From NCBI GenBank assembly GCA_965263355.1, contig CBDHHL010000056.1:2272001-2336000 (forward strand): DNA of 64,000 nucleotides. The letters are read 5' to 3'. Of this stretch, positions 9,623-19,705 are shown piece by piece (within the stretch, counting starts at the first letter, position 1; every line of letters starts with the position of its first letter). The position numbers and the translations under genes were made by a program. The notes beneath the pieces were generated by a model. That model worked only from the letters and a program-made list of their open reading frames with translations, was not told the DNA's origin and searched no databases. Origin of the DNA: Leptolyngbyaceae cyanobacterium. GTDB taxonomy: Bacteria; Cyanobacteriota; Cyanobacteriia; Phormidesmidales; Phormidesmidaceae.

Positions 9623-10318
9623 TTAATCCGAGACTTTTACCGCCTCAAGTAAGCGAGAAAAATAAAACTGTGATGCAGTAAACTCGTTACGCTTTACTTG
9701 CCAACCGTTAGCTTTCAATACCGCACGCACATCAGCTTCACTATGCAAATAGGCACGGGTAGCCTTACTGGGGCCAGGAAAAAACTCGCCAATGCGTTTG
9801 AGCAGTATATAGAAAGGATTCTTGGGCGCAAAGCTCAAAATTAATCGTTCTTCCGCCAAAGAACTTAAATGGGAAATCATGTCACCCGCTTTGTCTTGAG
9901 GATAGTGAATTAACACATCCAGACAAATAACAGTATGATAGCTGCCATCTAAAGTCTCCAAATCCTGAGCATCAAAGACAGGTATAGCCTCAGGTGCCAA
10001 CTCCTCCCTAGAGCGACAAATGGCTTCTTCTACCATTTTTTCGGAAATGTCACTGGCATAAACCTTGGCCCCCATAGCGGCTAGCGGAATACTCAAACTA
10101 CCCACGCCACAGCCTGCATCACACACAGTCAGTCCTGCTGCACTACCATCCTGCTTAAACCAGTAAAGGACATGATCAACCGTTTGCTGATGGCCTTCAC
10201 GAATATCACGCTGCACTTTATTAACCTGACCATTCCCATAAATACGGTTCCATCGATCGAAACCTTGGGCGTTGAAATAGTCTCGAACGATGGTCTTATC
10301 GTCAGTTGAACTTGTCAT
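9623..10318 (-). CDS. chlM: Mg-protoporphyrin IX methyltransferase
   Basis: GFDRWNRIYG, CDAGCGVG, CLDVLIHYP, FPGPSKATRAY. Start 10318 (alternative 10336). Confidence 0.92.
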   Translation of the reverse strand: MTSSTDDKTIVRDYFNAQGFDRWNRIYGNGQVNKVQRDIREGHQQTVDHVLYWFKQDGSAAGLTVCDAGCGVGSLSIPLAAMGAKVYASDISEKMVEEAICRSREELAPEAIPVFDAQDLETLDGSYHTVICLDVLIHYPQDKAGDMISHLSSLAEERLILSFAPKNPFYILLKRIGEFFPGPSKATRAYLHSEADVRAVLKANGWQVKRNEFTASQFYFSRLLEAVKVSD

Positions 10319-10608
10319 AGGATTGGTCAGAAACAATCGATAGCATTTCTTTACCGTCAGATCCTATTACGTTTTGGCAATCAGCGATCCAATACCCACG
10401 TCTGACCACTCATCATTCAATGCCCTATCCGAAATTGTGCTCTTGACGCACAACTAACGGCCCCAGGTACCAATTGAATACGGGAAATTTTGCTAGATTT
10501 ACAGTTCAGTTATTCAAGCCTGTAATCCGGTCTACTTTCGACTTCTGACTTCCGACTTCAGCCCTAGCCTAAATTTTCCGGCTAGAGTTGATACTCATGG
10601 CCCCTCCA

Positions 10609-11757
10609 TTAATTTTCTAAAATTCGCTGCCAACTTAAGCGCACGCCATCGTAATGCCAACGTATCAAGTGGCACATTTGTCTGGGAGCCAATCCCGGTA
10701 ACCCGATCGCCTGACGCGGCTGTTCCGTTGCTAAAACAATCGCCTCATCTACGTCACACAAACCCCACGAAACTAAATTGATGGCTCCATCCAACAAAGG
10801 GCGAGTCGTTCCCGATAGAGTCCCATCCGGTAACCGGGCAGTCCCATCTACCACTTCTATCTCACGGCTATCCCAGGGATAGGTTCCGTCTGGCAAACCG
10901 AGGGGAGCCAGCGCATCACTGACTAAAAAAAGGCCACCTGCTCCAGAACGACCACGACCTGCTCTGAGTAACAGATCGAGCATGGTAGGGCAGACATGCT
11001 GTCCATCGGCGATTAAACCAACAAACACATTGGGATGGGTCAACGCTGCCCCCAACAACCCTGGTTCACGATGGTGTAACCCTGGCATGGCATTAAACGC
11101 ATGGGTCACCATTGAGGCACCTTGGGAAAACGCGTCTTGAGCTTGGGTCGCCGTCGCCAGGGAGTGCCCTAAACTGACGATAATATTGTGAGATCGCAAC
11201 CATGGAATCACCCCTGTCGCCACTTCCATTTCTGGAGCTAGGGTGACAATCTTAATCACATCCACATAAAGCTCTAATAGGGGTTGCACCCGATCCAGTG
11301 ACAAGGACTGAAGATATTCCTGGGGATGTGCGCCCCGTTTAGCCGGATTCAAGAATGGTCCCTCTAGATGAGCCCCGAGCACCGTTGCATGGTGAGGATA
11401 CCCCCCAGCTGCTTGATAAGCCTGAATCACTGCTAAACTACGTTGAATTTGCTCAGGATGCGCAGTTACCAGAGTCGGTATAAAGGCATCAATACCTTGA
11501 TTCCATAAAAAACTGGCTGCTTTTTGTAGTTCTATCGGATCAGCAAGATCAGGAAACGCCAGCCCTAATGCCCCATTAATTTGTATATCCACCCCTCCCA
11601 AGGAAACCCAATCACCGTTTAAGTCAATTGCCTGTGCTGCATTAGCAGCGACTTTAGCCATAGGCAAAATCGACCGCAGCTGATTGTCTGCCACCTCAAG
11701 ACAGAACAACCCTGACATTTGGGGTAATCGTGCATTGAGCAAAATTGACATGGGCAC
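10609..11757 (-). CDS. nagA: N-acetylglucosamine-6-phosphate deacetylase
   Basis: HLEGPFL, KRGAH, TLAPE, THAFNAM, IADGQH. Confidence 0.9.
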   Translation of the reverse strand: MPMSILLNARLPQMSGLFCLEVADNQLRSILPMAKVAANAAQAIDLNGDWVSLGGVDIQINGALGLAFPDLADPIELQKAASFLWNQGIDAFIPTLVTAHPEQIQRSLAVIQAYQAAGGYPHHATVLGAHLEGPFLNPAKRGAHPQEYLQSLSLDRVQPLLELYVDVIKIVTLAPEMEVATGVIPWLRSHNIIVSLGHSLATATQAQDAFSQGASMVTHAFNAMPGLHHREPGLLGAALTHPNVFVGLIADGQHVCPTMLDLLLRAGRGRSGAGGLFLVSDALAPLGLPDGTYPWDSREIEVVDGTARLPDGTLSGTTRPLLDGAINLVSWGLCDVDEAIVLATEQPRQAIGLPGLAPRQMCHLIRWHYDGVRLSWQRILEN

Positions 11758-11956
11758 TTCACGCTCAAATCTTCGTACGAATCATCCCATAAGAACCCAG
11801 TAGGCTATCAACAGCTACCAGCAAAACCAACTATGGTTATCGATGCACATATGGGTCGATGGTACGTCAGGGTAACGTTATCACGTATGAATCTTAGAGA
11901 TACTTTTTGTCCTGACTGACCTGACAGATTGTCTACACTATTTCACGGATCATCCT

Positions 11957-12499
11957 ATGACTTCTCCCCTTGTCGGCATTATTATGGGCAGCGATTCTGA
12001 CCTGCCCACTATGGAAGCAGCCATTATTGTTTGCGAAGACTTCAAAATTCCCCATGAGGTTGCTATTGTATCGGCTCATCGCACCCCACAACGCATGGTG
12101 CAGTATGCCCAAACTGCCGTCGAACGAGGCTTAAAGGTAATCATTGCAGGCGCAGGCGGAGCCGCTCATCTACCTGGAATGGTAGCGGCTATAACACCGC
12201 TACCTGTGATTGGTGTGCCGGTTAAAAGTCGCAGCATGCAGGGTATCGACTCCCTTTATTCCATCGTTCAGATGCCTGGGGGCATCCCGGTGGCAACGGT
12301 GGCCATTGGCAATGCCAAAAATGCAGGCTTGCTGGCGATCCAGATATTAGCGACTTGCGATCGCGAACTCTTACAGCAAATCCAAGCCTATCGCCAAACC
12401 CTGGAAAACAACGTCTTACAAAAGCAACATCGCCTGGATGAACTGGGTCCCCATCCGTACCTAAAAACGATATTTCCATCAAAAAACATTGACAAATAG
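11957..12499 (+). CDS. purE: N5-carboxyaminoimidazole ribonucleotide mutase
   Basis: [25 protein letters not shown]. Confidence 0.95.
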   Translation: MTSPLVGIIMGSDSDLPTMEAAIIVCEDFKIPHEVAIVSAHRTPQRMVQYAQTAVERGLKVIIAGAGGAAHLPGMVAAITPLPVIGVPVKSRSMQGIDSLYSIVQMPGGIPVATVAIGNAKNAGLLAIQILATCDRELLQQIQAYRQTLENNVLQKQHRLDELGPHPYLKTIFPSKNIDK

Positions 12500-12602
12500 C
12501 CCTAAGCACAAGGCTTTAAGACCGAGTCAGATTATTAATTTTTGAAAAGAACCAAAAATAAGTAAGGCTCAAACCCCTAATATTCCATTCACACAGAACA
12601 AG

Positions 12603-12618
12603 TGTATTTCTTGATACA
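12603..12618. promoter_or_regulatory. NtcA binding site upstream of amt
   Basis: tGTA-tttcttga-TACa (GTA-N8-TAC), about 300 bp upstream of an ammonium transporter, a known NtcA target class. Confidence 0.75.
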
Positions 12619-12915
12619 GAACGACTTGACTGAAATTGGTGGAATCTATCTAATGGGCATTTGTAATGTCCCAGAACAGATACATCTGCTGCCAAGTTGT
12701 TGTAGGTGCAAGATATGGCAAATATGCTGCTGGTAAAAATTCTTAGTTGAGCCCAATTTTGATTTTTCCCAGGTTCAGCATTGGCATATCACGGTTTTAG
12801 GCCCATAGTGGGTCATTGAGTATCTTGAACTGTCAAGGTCCCCTCACACATAGACTTCACTGTCTAGGATCCGAATCCTTTGAGAGTGGGGTTTAAGTTG
12901 ATTGGATTGTGTTGA

Positions 12916-14400
12916 TTGGATTGTGTTGTAGGAACGTCTGTTGAGATGTCTAGTCTAAATTTGAGCCGCAAGGCAAGACGACGTAAATCGTCTGTCTGGG
13001 ATACCTATGCGCCGCCATTTGATCAAATGGCTAAGCGCTTTTTTGGCAGAAGCTTTTCCTGGGCTTGGCTAGCTTGTATACCTTTGGCACTCGTTATTGT
13101 TGCCACTTGGAATACAGCAGCCCATGCGCAGGAAGATGCCATCACTGCTGACAATGTTCAGTTTGTTTTAGATAACATCTGGGTGCTGGTCGCAGCTATC
13201 CTGGTGATTTTCATGAATGCTGGTTTCGGTATGTTAGAAACTGGATTCTGCCGCCAGAAGAACGCTGTTAATATTCTTTCCAAAAACTTAATCGTCTTCG
13301 CTTTAGCCACCTTATCCTTCTGGGCTTTTGGGTTTGGTTTCATGTTCAATGAAGCGACTCCTGTGATTGGTTTAGGCAATTTCTTTTTGTCTGGCTATTC
13401 CACTGATACCCCTGAGTTTGGAAATTTGACAGTCCCTGTGTTTTTCCTATTCCAGGCGGCGTTTGCAGGAACTGCAGCAACTATCGTTTCTGGTGCAGTT
13501 GCAGAGCGGATTAAGTTTATTGATTTCATCATCTTTAGCATTTTGCTAACAGCAATTTCTTATCCAATCACTGGTCACTGGGTATGGACTGGGACTGGTT
13601 GGCTAGGTGCAAACGTTGGCTTTTCTGACTTTGCTGGGTCTACTGTTGTGCACTCTGTCGGTGGTTGGGCCGCTCTGTGTGGTGCAGCCATCCTTGGCCC
13701 TCGCATTGGTAAATACCAAGACGGTCAAATCAATGCTATTCCGGGCCACAACATGAGTATTGCTACTCTTGGCTGTTTGATTCTGTGGATCGGCTGGTTT
13801 GGGTTTAACCCTGGCTCTGAGCTAGCAGCTGATGCAGCTGTACCTTACATTGCTGTAACCACTAACTTGGCAGCAGCAGCCGGTGGTGTAGCCGCCACTG
13901 TAACTGCTTGGATCATGAGCGGTAAGCCTGATCTATCCATGATCATCAACGGCATCTTGGCTGGTTTAGTTGGCATCACTGCTGGTTGTGCTGGCGCTAG
14001 CTTCTTTGGTGCAGTCATCATCGGCTTAGTAGCAGGTATACTCGTTGTTTTCTCTGTCGGTTTCTTTGACAGCATTAAGATCGATGACCCTGTCGGTGCC
14101 ATCTCTGTACACCTTGTTTGCGGTATTTGGGGCACACTTGCAGTTGGCCTATTCGATACGTCTTCTGGCTTGTTCTACGGTGGCGGTATCGGTCAGCTAA
14201 TTGCTCAGATTATCGGTATTATTGCCATTGGTCTGTTTACCGTTGTCTTCAGCGCTGTTGTTTGGACTATCCTCAAGTCTGCCTTTGGCCTACGCGTTTC
14301 TGCCGAGGAAGAACTCAAGGGTTTGGATATTGGTGAGCACGGAATGGAAGCTTATAGCGGTTTCCTCAAGGACACTAGCGATATGGGCGGTGTTGCCTAG
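12916..14400 (+). CDS. amt: Ammonium transporter (Amt family); start codon uncertain
   Basis: [42 protein letters not shown]. Confidence 0.93.
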   Translation: MDCVVGTSVEMSSLNLSRKARRRKSSVWDTYAPPFDQMAKRFFGRSFSWAWLACIPLALVIVATWNTAAHAQEDAITADNVQFVLDNIWVLVAAILVIFMNAGFGMLETGFCRQKNAVNILSKNLIVFALATLSFWAFGFGFMFNEATPVIGLGNFFLSGYSTDTPEFGNLTVPVFFLFQAAFAGTAATIVSGAVAERIKFIDFIIFSILLTAISYPITGHWVWTGTGWLGANVGFSDFAGSTVVHSVGGWAALCGAAILGPRIGKYQDGQINAIPGHNMSIATLGCLILWIGWFGFNPGSELAADAAVPYIAVTTNLAAAAGGVAATVTAWIMSGKPDLSMIINGILAGLVGITAGCAGASFFGAVIIGLVAGILVVFSVGFFDSIKIDDPVGAISVHLVCGIWGTLAVGLFDTSSGLFYGGGIGQLIAQIIGIIAIGLFTVVFSAVVWTILKSAFGLRVSAEEELKGLDIGEHGMEAYSGFLKDTSDMGGVA

Positions 14401-14461
14401 GTTCTAGGTAGCCTACGTTCTTCCAATACGCCTTATAGGTGTTAGAAGAATATCTGCTATT

Positions 14462-14503
14462 AGGGAGGCTGATTTCTTAGCGGAATCAGCCTCCCTGCTT
14501 TTT
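14462..14503 (+). terminator. Rho-independent terminator after amt
   Basis: agggaggctgatt-N9-aatcagcctccct followed by a T run. Confidence 0.75.
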
Positions 14504-14619
14504 AGGTACATACTTTCTTACCCTAAGCTTAGTTACAATTCCTCCGCAGGCTGTGTAGGCGCTGATAAGGTTGGGGCAGTTGAGTTAACGGTCTCAACAT
14601 CAATTAAATCCTACGGTTA

Positions 14620-16635
14620 ATGGGCAATCCGGCTTCAGTTTTAGACGAGCTGCTTGCGGCCTTACCCACATTAAGGCCACAAATGTATTTCAAAACATCG
14701 CTGACGGCCCTTTCCCATGCGATGGAGGATCAGGTATTGGCAGGGGATGATCGCCCCTTAATGATTGCTAGCTTTCAGCAAGAGCGATTTTATCGTCAAG
14801 AAGCCCATCGCTATTTGCGGCTGGCTGACATTACTTCTCAAATTTATGTCTTAGCAGCAGCAGATACTAAGTTTGCCGATACCGATGGCACTACCAGGCA
14901 CGAAACAATTGCCTTTGAACCAGAGGATGCATTAGTCCACGAGTGGCATCTGGTAGTACTGGGCAAACAGTATACCGCCTGTTTAATTTGCCGCGAACAT
15001 CAGCAAGACGCTCAAAAACCCAAAATTCTCAGTGGTGTACCTGATTTTGATCAAAGCCGTCGCTTTGAGGGCATTTGGACTCTTGATCGACATGTATGCG
15101 AGCAGGCAGCCTATATTTTGTTACAGCGAATCGCTCACTATCGACCAGATTTAGCCGACCAGGTTACGCAAGCTCAAATACAGTTTCTGCCTGCGGCCCT
15201 ATTGCAAGGTCAATCCAATAGCGAGGAAATTGCAGAGTCCTACCCGTTTGCACAGCGGTTAGTAACCTACGTACAGGCTAGCCAGTATAAGCTGCTGAAA
15301 GCTTATAAAACAATGGCCGCCCAGGAAAATCGAGAGCGTTTAATCAACTCTATTACAGCAGCCATTCGTCAATCGTTAAACCCAACGGAGGTGTTTGCGA
15401 TCGCAACCCACGAACTTGGCCAACAAATTGCCACCTGCCGCTGCATTATTTATCGCAGTGGGAATAGCGCCAGCGTTGAAATCCATCACGAATTCCGTCA
15501 ATCCAATATCACTTCCCTCAAAGGTAAAATTTGGCCCCTGGTGGAAAATCCTTTATTCCAAACCGTCAACCGCCAACGAGAATCTCTGACATATCTACGG
15601 TACGAAACTGACAATCAAGATACTAATGTTTTCGAAGATATCTCAACAATCGCAGCACTATTGGACCAGTGGGACATTCGCGGCTGTTTACTCGTTCCCC
15701 TGATTTACCAAGAACGTCTGCTGGGGATGATCGAATTACACCAATGCACAGCCGCACCACAGCTTTGGAACAAACATGACATTAGTTTAGTAGAAGCCGT
15801 AGCGACCCAGCTCAGCGTTGCTGTTATTCAAGCTGAAGCCTATGCCAACCTAGAAAGTCTCAATCAACAGCTAGAAGCCCTCGACCGCACACGCAGTAAC
15901 TTGATCGCCATCACTGGCCATGAACTACGTACACCCTTATCAACAATTCGAGTCTGCCTAGAAAGCATTTTCACAGAACCAGATATGCCAGCCGATATGC
16001 GACAAGCAATGTTGCAAACTGCAATGGATGATTCCGAACGAATGCAGCGGCTCGTTCAAGACTTCCTCACCCTATCACGCCTAGAAAGTGGCCGGATCGA
16101 ATGGAATCTCGAATCACTTTCCCTGAACGAATGTGTAGCCCTTGCCCTAAGCAGTCGACGGACTAACTCCAGTTACCCGCATATCACAATCGACTTGCCA
16201 GATAACTTACCTCTGATTCGGGGTGATGGCGAATGGATTGTTGAAGTTCTCACAAAACTTCTTGACAATGCCTGCAAGTTTACTGATCCGAACGGTAGTA
16301 TTTCTATCGCAGCTATTATTAAAGACAATGCGCTGATAGAAGTTTCTGTCAATGACAGTGGTCGAGGCATTGAGCCTGAGCGTCTAGAAACTGTCTTTGA
16401 ACGCTTTTATCAAGAGGAAGGAGCACTGCGTCGATCAGTGGGCGGAACAGGTCTCGGGCTTGCGATTTGTCGTCAGATTGTAGAAGCCCAAGGCGGTAAA
16501 ATTTGGGCTACGTCGGAGGGCAAAGATAAAGGTACCCAAGTTCATTTCAGCTTACCTATAGCAGCCCAGAAATCAACCCGATCAAAAAAGAAAACAGGCA
16601 TCAAGTCATCACGTCCTAAAAAAATCTCAGTTTAG
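14620..16635 (+). CDS. DICT + GAF sensor histidine kinase
   Basis: DICT signature (FKTSLTALSHAMED, EWHLVV), GAF region, H-box GHELRTPL, N/G boxes (LLDNACKF, GGTGLGLAI). Confidence 0.88.
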   Translation: MGNPASVLDELLAALPTLRPQMYFKTSLTALSHAMEDQVLAGDDRPLMIASFQQERFYRQEAHRYLRLADITSQIYVLAAADTKFADTDGTTRHETIAFEPEDALVHEWHLVVLGKQYTACLICREHQQDAQKPKILSGVPDFDQSRRFEGIWTLDRHVCEQAAYILLQRIAHYRPDLADQVTQAQIQFLPAALLQGQSNSEEIAESYPFAQRLVTYVQASQYKLLKAYKTMAAQENRERLINSITAAIRQSLNPTEVFAIATHELGQQIATCRCIIYRSGNSASVEIHHEFRQSNITSLKGKIWPLVENPLFQTVNRQRESLTYLRYETDNQDTNVFEDISTIAALLDQWDIRGCLLVPLIYQERLLGMIELHQCTAAPQLWNKHDISLVEAVATQLSVAVIQAEAYANLESLNQQLEALDRTRSNLIAITGHELRTPLSTIRVCLESIFTEPDMPADMRQAMLQTAMDDSERMQRLVQDFLTLSRLESGRIEWNLESLSLNECVALALSSRRTNSSYPHITIDLPDNLPLIRGDGEWIVEVLTKLLDNACKFTDPNGSISIAAIIKDNALIEVSVNDSGRGIEPERLETVFERFYQEEGALRRSVGGTGLGLAICRQIVEAQGGKIWATSEGKDKGTQVHFSLPIAAQKSTRSKKKTGIKSSRPKKISV

Positions 16636-16664
16636 TTTACTCCAACAGCGAGAAACGATATTGC

Positions 16665-17798
16665 TTAACGGTTTTCCGGTAGAGGTTGGCCAAAGGTTAA
16701 TGGCGCAGATAACTCAGTTTGCACGATCGTACGCTCAGCCGCTGGTTGTTGAATAGGTTTTGGTACAGAGTTCTCACCACCGTTCTCAACAGTAGCTGGA
16801 GGGTTTTGCACCTCCACTGGAGCTAACGCTGTCTCTGTCGGCACCACAGACACAGACACATCAGTCTCCGACACATCTGCAGCGGCAGCTACCTCGATAT
16901 CCATAGAGGGTACATCTGCAGAAGCTTCAGCCCCAGACACCTCGACACTTTGAGAAAGTGCCGAGTCAAATGGTTCCAGCCCATCAGGCTCATCAGATGG
17001 AGCATCTACACCAGCACCTAGATCTGGCAAGCTTGATGGACGGGATGCGGCTACTGGAGCGACCGAGGTGTTCAACGTCTCATTGACTTCAGTGTCCTCA
17101 AGCTCTGGCACTTTCATTGGGGGTATATCTGTTACCTCCGTCACAACAGCAGCAGTTGAAGCATTGACTTCAGGTAAATCTTCTAAAGGCGGGACAATAA
17201 CCGCATCCGTTAAGGGCGGCACCGTCACAACACCATGTGCAGGTTCAGACTCATAGGGATCCAGCGGTAAGGGGGCCGCAGCAACCGGCTTTTCAGACAG
17301 ACTAAGGTTAGCCGCTGACCAACTGATATCAGTATCAGGATTACGTGTTGGTACAGAGCCAGCACCTGCCACTACACTATCGCTACTACCAGTAATCAGC
17401 GGTCGAAAACGCCAATGCCGTTGACCGTCACCCCAATCATCAAATTGAATATCCGCTTGATCAGGCGACAGCACTATCTCAGGAGCTAACTCAATCACCA
17501 CCCTGACATTACCAGCGGCATGCTGTGCCACCCGAATATATTGCACAGCACCACCATACCTCTGCTCTGGGTTAACGTTGCCAATCTCCGTATCGGGGAT
17601 ATCTAGCACCAAGCGAGGAGGATCTGCAAGCAGAAAAAATTCTGGAAAGACCTGATCGGACAAGGAAAATGTCAGCTCACTGCTACTTATGTCAAATGAC
17701 CAATCTTGCAGCTCTTTGGCCCAACTCGGTGAAGTTGATAAGGCTAGAGCCGCAAGACTCGCTCCCAAGAACTGGTAAAAACGGTGCTTAAACCCCAT
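16665..17798 (-). CDS. AMIN-domain protein with long acidic/Pro-rich tail
   Basis: Signal peptide, then FFLLADPPRLVLDIP and IRVAQ...VRVVIEL (AMIN). Start likely 17798. Confidence 0.7.
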   Translation of the reverse strand: MGFKHRFYQFLGASLAALALSTSPSWAKELQDWSFDISSSELTFSLSDQVFPEFFLLADPPRLVLDIPDTEIGNVNPEQRYGGAVQYIRVAQHAAGNVRVVIELAPEIVLSPDQADIQFDDWGDGQRHWRFRPLITGSSDSVVAGAGSVPTRNPDTDISWSAANLSLSEKPVAAAPLPLDPYESEPAHGVVTVPPLTDAVIVPPLEDLPEVNASTAAVVTEVTDIPPMKVPELEDTEVNETLNTSVAPVAASRPSSLPDLGAGVDAPSDEPDGLEPFDSALSQSVEVSGAEASADVPSMDIEVAAAADVSETDVSVSVVPTETALAPVEVQNPPATVENGGENSVPKPIQQPAAERTIVQTELSAPLTFGQPLPENR

Positions 17799-18164
17799 AG
17801 CTCTTACCCGCAGAACACTAACAAACACGATTAAGGCTAAAAGCATACGGTACTTTGTCACAAATGACCGATATTTTTGATAAAAATTTCCCACACCTTA
17901 TGCTTTTGTAAGCCATGATAGGCTCAACCGGACAACGCTTAACTATTCGCACCCTTTAGAAAGGAAACATATAGCTTATGGAAATGCATGAGTTGCTAAC
18001 ACTAATCTTGCTCCTCAGCCCTGGCTTGCTATTATCTGCCCTTGTTATGTCTGCCATGGCTTTTGGTGGCTAACCCTAGATTGAGCGCTTGAGCCTCTAG
18101 AAACCAAAGCCATACAAAAGCGTGATTGAATAACCAATAAAGGAAATACGTTGAGGTCTTTGCC

Positions 18165-18749
18165 ATGGTGATGGTTGAATCCACAATGCTGGCCTTAGGA
18201 ACCGAAGCTCCAGCATTTTCACTAGTAGATGTTGTGTCAGGTGCCCCTATCACCCTAGATACTTTCTCAAATAGCAAAGCGCTCTTGGTAATGTTTATTT
18301 GTGTCCACTGCCCTTTTGTCAAGCATGTGGAGCAAGAATTAGCAAACATTGGCCATGACTATGTCGATCAAGGTTTGGGAGTGGTCGCCATTAGCGCTAA
18401 CAGCATTGAAACCCATCCTCAAGATGCGCCTGAGCATATGAAAACTCAAGCAGACATTCAGGGCTTCAATTTTCCCTATTGCTATGACGATACCCAAGCC
18501 GTAGCGAAAGCCTACACTGCCGCCTGTACCCCTGACTTTTTCCTCTTTGATGCCCAGCTAAAATTGGTCTACCGGGGACAGTTGGATGACAGTCGCCCCA
18601 GTAATGGTAAGCCTGTTACCGGTAAAGATTTACGACAGGCGATTGATACAGTATTGGCTGGGCAAAGCATATCTGACACCCAGATACCAAGCGTTGGCTG
18701 CAATATCAAATGGACTCCAGGCCAAGCGCCAGCTTATTTTGGTGCCTAG
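18165..18749 (+). CDS. Thioredoxin-like redoxin (AhpC/TSA family)
   Basis: CVHCPFV, ACTPDFF, YRGQLDDSRP, GCNIKW. Confidence 0.88.
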   Translation: MVMVESTMLALGTEAPAFSLVDVVSGAPITLDTFSNSKALLVMFICVHCPFVKHVEQELANIGHDYVDQGLGVVAISANSIETHPQDAPEHMKTQADIQGFNFPYCYDDTQAVAKAYTAACTPDFFLFDAQLKLVYRGQLDDSRPSNGKPVTGKDLRQAIDTVLAGQSISDTQIPSVGCNIKWTPGQAPAYFGA

Positions 18750-18794
18750 TACAGCGTCAAGACCAGTAGTCGTCAAGTTGTTTGAACTTGACGA

Positions 18795-19688
18795 CTACTG
18801 ATATCTCAAGTTAGCTCTAGGATTAAATCCCTCAATAGCTCGTAGCTTTTCATAGAGTTCAGTTTCCTGAATGCTTAGGTTTGTGGGCACCACTACTTCT
18901 ATTTCCACAATTTGGTCGCCGCGTTCTTGTAATGCCCGACCATAGCCTTTACCGGCTAAACGCAGCTTTCTACCAGATTGAATGCCCGCTGGAATCGTCA
19001 TCTGCACTAACCCATCTAGGGTAGGCACTGTTATCTGCCCTCCCAGTGCTGCTTCACTGGGAGTAATTGGCAAATTGCAGATTATATCTTGACCTTGAAC
19101 AGTCAAAAAAGGATGGGGCTCTACCACAATATTGAGATACAGGTCGCCACCATTAATCCCTTGGCCCCTGAGACGAATCCGTTGCCCTGTAAACATCTTG
19201 GGCGGCATCTCTACTTCTAACGCTCGTCCGTCTTCGAGGCGTATCCGTTCTGTGCCCCCGTGAAACGCTCGCTCCAGAGGAACCTGTAAAGATGCCTCCG
19301 CATCACGGCGCTGGGAGGCGTTTGGGGCATCTGCTTTATGAGGTTGTTTCTGGGTTTTCTTTGCTTGGGCGGATGACTTAGGCCTTTCTCGACGATTGAG
19401 CAATTGCTCTACAAAGCGATTAAAGTCCTCTAAATCCCGATAGTCCGTCTCCGACTTTTGTTGTTGCCAATAGCGCCGATAATCATCGTACTGTGACTTA
19501 CGGTCTATATCTGACAGTATTTCATAGGCTTCATTCAAGGCTTTAAAGCGTTCTTCAGCTACTTGATCACCGGGATTAAGATCAGGATGACACTGGCGAG
19601 CAAGATGACGATAGGCCTGTTTGATTGTTTGTGAATCGGCAGTCTCAACAATGCCGAGAATCTCGTAATAGTCTCGAAAGTTTTGCAT
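18795..19688 (-). CDS. dnaJ: DnaJ-class co-chaperone (J domain + C-terminal domain, no Zn finger)
   Basis: DYYEILG, HPD motif, GDLYL, GDQIV; directly downstream of dnaK. Confidence 0.88.
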   Translation of the reverse strand: MQNFRDYYEILGIVETADSQTIKQAYRHLARQCHPDLNPGDQVAEERFKALNEAYEILSDIDRKSQYDDYRRYWQQQKSETDYRDLEDFNRFVEQLLNRRERPKSSAQAKKTQKQPHKADAPNASQRRDAEASLQVPLERAFHGGTERIRLEDGRALEVEMPPKMFTGQRIRLRGQGINGGDLYLNIVVEPHPFLTVQGQDIICNLPITPSEAALGGQITVPTLDGLVQMTIPAGIQSGRKLRLAGKGYGRALQERGDQIVEIEVVVPTNLSIQETELYEKLRAIEGFNPRANLRYQ

Positions 19689-19705
19689 AGTGGGGTCAGA
19701 CCGAC

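Noticed and set aside
12897..12924. 14-bp tandem duplication gttgattggattgt at the amt 5' end
   Set aside because: Two copies only, with no evidence of function; it mainly makes the TTG start call doubtful
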